Shown here: one piece after another, positions 60,330 to 64,000 of the stretch
Position numbering within the stretch: the first letter of the stretch is position 1
How the letters are laid out: each line of letters starts with the position of its first letter
NCBI GenBank assembly: GCA_963663895.2
Contig: CAXXRD010000002.1
Location: 1-64,000, forward strand
Source of the DNA: Dehalococcoidia bacterium
Lineage (GTDB): Bacteria > Chloroflexota > Dehalococcoidia > Bin125
Direction of reading: 5' to 3'
DNA: 64,000 bases
Translations under genes and position numbers: made by a program
The notes under the pieces: generated by a model
Database searches by the model: none
Seen by the model: only the letters and a program-made list of their open reading frames with translations
Told to the model about the DNA's origin: nothing

Positions 60330-61391
60330 ATGACCGGGCGAAAGTACCTAGAGGACATCCGGATCCAGCTGGAGTCGGGGCGCTACCAACACAGGATGGG
60401 CGAGAACGTACTTCGCGCCTTTGGGTACGTTAGGCGGAGGGCCACAGCCATCGAGGAGATCAACGAAACGCTGAGGGACCTCGGGCTGGTAGCTGATCCT
60501 CCCGTCGACGCAGAGATGCCACTCAGAGTTCCTCGCATCCGTTTCTCGCTTAGGCCCGAGACCGAGCCCATCGATCATCAGTCTGAGACGCTGGTCTCCG
60601 ACGACTTCGACGTTCCATCGCAAGACACAGAGGACAAGGACAGTAATCTTCCTGAGCCCGCCTTCAGCATTTCCGAACTGGCATCCGCAAACAGAGCTGT
60701 CGAGAGCGTGACCCCCGATGCGTCGATCCAAGAAGCCTATACCAGGATGACTCTGCACAAATATTCTCAACTGGTGGTTGCAAGCTCTGCGAGACCCAGG
60801 CAACAGGACATCAAGGGAATCGTGTCGTTCCAATCGATTGCGAAAGCACTGATGAACGGCAAGCCTGCGATTGTGCGTGATTGTCTCGACGAAGACGTGC
60901 CCTTCGCGGCGAGCGATGCTGATCTGAAATCAGTTGTCCGTCAGTTGAGCGGGAACGATGTCGTCTTAGTGATTGGGAAAGACAAAAGGCTGCAAGGAAT
61001 CGTTACAGCTTGGGACTTGGCTGAAGAGTTCGCCGACCTCGTTAATCCCTTCAAGCGGATAGGCGAAATCGAAGAGCGCCTTCGGACTCTAGTTGCCACG
61101 CGGCTAGGAAAATCCAAAGTAGCTCAGTTTCTAAGCGATCACAGGCTGTCGAGCGATGACTCAGAGACCGAGATCGAAGAATTGACAATGGGAGAGTTGC
61201 AGAGAGTGCTGGAGGTCCCAGCGCATTGGGAGGCACTCGAACTGGTTTTCGACCGGGGTGCCTTCATCCAAGCCTTGAGCGAAGCTCGGGGGTATCGCAA
61301 CCGTCTAATGCACTTCGGGGACCCACTCACCGAGGTCGAGAGGAAGCGCCTCACCAACTTTTGCGACATGGTGCGCGAAATCCAGTTGTAG
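60330..61391 (+). CDS. CBS-pair + C-terminal HEPN (Swt1-like) protein
   Basis: CBS repeats (VTPDASIQEAY...YSQLVV...GIVSF; VLVIGKDKRLQGIVTAWDL) followed by IGEIEERLR...LTMGEL...ARGYRNRLMHF (R-X4-H). Confidence 0.78.
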   Translation: MTGRKYLEDIRIQLESGRYQHRMGENVLRAFGYVRRRATAIEEINETLRDLGLVADPPVDAEMPLRVPRIRFSLRPETEPIDHQSETLVSDDFDVPSQDTEDKDSNLPEPAFSISELASANRAVESVTPDASIQEAYTRMTLHKYSQLVVASSARPRQQDIKGIVSFQSIAKALMNGKPAIVRDCLDEDVPFAASDADLKSVVRQLSGNDVVLVIGKDKRLQGIVTAWDLAEEFADLVNPFKRIGEIEERLRTLVATRLGKSKVAQFLSDHRLSSDDSETEIEELTMGELQRVLEVPAHWEALELVFDRGAFIQALSEARGYRNRLMHFGDPLTEVERKRLTNFCDMVREIQL

Positions 61392-61836
61392 CGGCCTCAC
61401 TGCTATGAGAACAGGCCGTACCGTATGACCTAGATTGCGACATCGCAGCGAGAAGTCCGCAGTACAGAGCACTTAGACCCCCATACTGGGCAAGTTCAAG
61501 AACCGCCGAGTTGAGGTCCGTTCCGGTGAGCGAGTCTGGCGTTCGCCCGGCCCTCGCCTCCCTGCGCGGGCTCCCCTTATCGTGATCGTCGATCACGCCC
61601 CGGAAACACCCCGACTCGTGGACGCTCTCCCGGCCGCCTCTGGGATGCTCACGCAAGACGCCGTCCACAGCGCTGGCTGCCGTGACGAGGGTGACACGTC
61701 CTTCGTGACAATCGAGGACGTGCAGTGCCTGCATGGCCGCGGGTCTTTGCCCGCTGGCACCAAGCGCTGCGCCCTTGATGCCTGAACTCAGTGAGAAGTA
61801 CGGGTACCCTTGGGCCGGGCAAGGGGCAACGATCGC

Positions 61837-63921
61837 ATGAACGTCCGGACCCATACGGAACTCGCGACCTTCATCTGGAGCATCTGCAACCTCCTGCGCG
61901 GCCCCTACAAGCGCAACGAGTATCGCAAGGTCATCCTTCCGCTCACGGTGCTGCGGCGCTTCGACTGTCTGCTCGCGCCCACCAAAGCGACTGTCCTCCA
62001 CACCAGCGAAACCAACCGCCATCGTGAGCCGAGCGTCGTCCACGCCCTGCTCCAGCAGGCGTCCGGGCAGCTCTTCTACAACACCTCGCCGCTGAAGTTT
62101 GAGCGGCTCCTGGACGACCCGAACCAGATCGCGCAGAACCTCAGCACTTACATCAAGGATTTCTCGCCCAACGTGCGCGAGATCATGGAGCGCTTCGCCT
62201 TCGACGTGCAGATCGCGCGCATGGACGAGCGGAACCTGCTGTTCCAGGTGGTGCAAGCATTCGCCAACGTCGACCTCTCGCCGGAGAACGTCGACAACAT
62301 CCAGATGGGCTACGTCTTCGAGGAGCTGATCCGCATCGGCGCCGAGCAGGCCAACGAGGAGGCCGGGGAGCACTTCACCCCGCGCGAGGTGATCCGGCTG
62401 ATGGTCGGCTTGCTCCTCTCGCCCGAGCCCGACCTGGGCAAAGCACACGTCGTCAAGACGATCTACGACCCGGCCTGCGGCACGGGCGGCATGCTTTCGG
62501 TCGCCGAAGAATATCTGCGGGAGCACAACAGCGAGGCGCGGCCACACCTGTACGGCCAGGACCTCAACGACGACGCCTGGGCGGTCTGCAAATCGGACAT
62601 GCTCATCAAAAGGGCAGAGGCCGGCAGCATCATTCGTGGCGACACCTTCACTGAGGACGGCTACGCGCGCCGCTCCGACGGCCGCAAGTGGACCTTCGAT
62701 TACATGCTGGCTAATCCACCGTTCGGCGTGGAGTGGAAGCAGCAGGAGCAGACGATCAAGCGAGAGCGGAACACGCTGGGGCACGAAGGGCGCTTCGGCG
62801 CGGGACTGCCGCGCATCAACGACGGCTCCCTGCTCTTCCTGCAGCACATGCTGTCGAAGATGCAGCCCGCCGAGAAAGGCGGCAGCCGCATCGCCATCGT
62901 CTTCACCGGCGACGCCGGCAGCGGCGAGAGCGAGATCCGCCGCTGGATCATCGAGAACGACTGGCTGGAAGCGATGGTGGCGCTGCCCGACCAGCTCTTC
63001 TACAACACCGGCATCTCCACCTATGTCTGGGTGCTGAGCAACCGCAAGGAGCCGCGGCGGCAGGGAAAGGTGCAGCTGATCGACGGGCGTCAGTTCTTCG
63101 TGAAGATGCGCAAGAGCCTCGGCAACAAGCGCAACGAGCTGTCCCAAGAGCAAATCGACGACCTGACGCGCATCCACGGCAACTTCGAGGATGGCGAAAC
63201 GCGCGACCTCACGGACGAGGACCCGATCACGCATCAGCCACGCACCCGGCCGCGCGTGGTGAGCAAGGTGTTCACCAACGAAGACTTCGGCTACCGCAAG
63301 GTCACCGTCGAGCGGCCGCTGCGCCTCAACTTCGCTGCTACTCAGGAGCGCATCGCCCGGATCGAGGAGGAGAAGTCGTTCCAGAACCTGGCGAAGAGCA
63401 AGAAGCGCGCCGGCCCGGCTCACGATGCCGAGATCGCTGAGGGGCAAGCCCGGCAGGAGACGATCCGTGGCCTGCTCCGCGCGCTCGGCAAGGCGATGGG
63501 CGCTAAGGTCGTCCCCGATCGGGAGGCCTTCGGCGCGGCGCTGGACGCCGCAACGGAGGCGGTGGATCTTCGGCTGTCTGCCCCGGAGCGAAAGGCCGTG
63601 CTGGCGGCGCTAGGGAAGCGCGACCCCGAGGCCGCCATCTGTCGCGACCGGCGCGGCGATCCCGAGCCGGATCCCGAGCTGCGCGACACGGAAACGGTTC
63701 CGCTGCGCGAGGATGTCGGCGTCTACGTCTCGCGCGAGGTGACGCCGCACGTCCCCGACGCCTGGGTGGACGCGAGCAAGACGAAGATCGGCTACGAGAT
63801 CCCGCTCAACCGGCACTTCTACGTCTACGAGCCGCCGCGCCCGCTCGATGAGATCGAGGCCGACCTGCAGACGCTGGAGCACGAGATCGCGGGGCTCCTG
63901 TCGGATGTCGTGCGGAGCTGA
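61837..63921 (+). CDS. hsdM: Type I restriction-modification methyltransferase subunit M
   Basis: [39 protein letters not shown] and FYNTGI motifs. Confidence 0.95.
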   Translation: [694 protein letters not shown]

Positions 63922-63970
63922 CGGCGCGGCTGTGGAGCACCGGCCCGGCATGAATCGAGCTGCGTGAGCC

Positions 63971-64000
63971 ATGCCGAAGGTGCAGGATGCGATCCGACTC
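63971..64000 (+). CDS. Possible start of a HicA-like toxin (truncated by window edge)
   Basis: MPKVQDAIRL resembles HicA N-termini (MKVRD.IRL). Only 10 codons are visible. Confidence 0.25.
   Translation, partial: MPKVQDAIRL

Larger units (their letters stand above)
59839..64000. mobile_element. Putative tRNA-Ser-anchored defence island (extends past the window end)
   Basis: Abrupt AT-rich tract right after CCA, lower-GC DNA, then CBS-HEPN and hsdM genes. No integrase is visible within the window. Confidence 0.5.

Noticed and set aside
60188-61467. 10-bp direct repeat CGCAGTACAG on both sides of the CBS-HEPN gene
   Set aside because: Short, not at clear composition boundaries, and not distinguishable from chance without comparative data.

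Overview
High-GC bacterial chromosomal segment, most likely from a Chloroflexota (Dehalococcoidia/SAR202-like) lineage and possibly a host- or sponge-associated one. This is inferred only from gene content (F420-dependent PPOX protein, LppX/LprAFG lipoprotein, PQQ-repeat and plant-type LRR surface proteins, heavy paralog expansion, short TA-N3-T promoters). The 1-21.6 kb region is mostly ordinary transport and housekeeping genes: ProVWX-type betaine ABC transporter, sulfite-oxidase-family Mo enzyme, peptide SBP, Amt, MFS plus lipoprotein, 1-Cys peroxiredoxin and YqgE. The dominant feature (21.9-45.7 kb) is a single hydantoinase-A/oxoprolinase ATPase subunit followed by a same-strand array of seven intact, closely related but pocket-diversified hydantoinase-B subunits. 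Three Rid-family proteins that all lack the canonical catalytic Arg are interleaved, a copper (TPQ) amine oxidase caps the array, and an eighth, divergent B subunit lies at 53 kb. The array is interrupted by a frameshifted LRR surface-protein gene and by a convergent REase plus HTH-MTase pair with a palindromic operator. Several low-GC single-gene nuclease/HEPN/glycosylase inserts are scattered through the window. It ends with sucCD, tRNA-Ser(GCT) and an apparent defence island: a CBS-HEPN protein, a type I R-M hsdM with an apparent 6-aa deletion, and a possible HicA start. No CRISPR array, rRNA, transposase, integrase or reverse transcriptase was seen. All family calls come from motif recognition by eye, not database searches.
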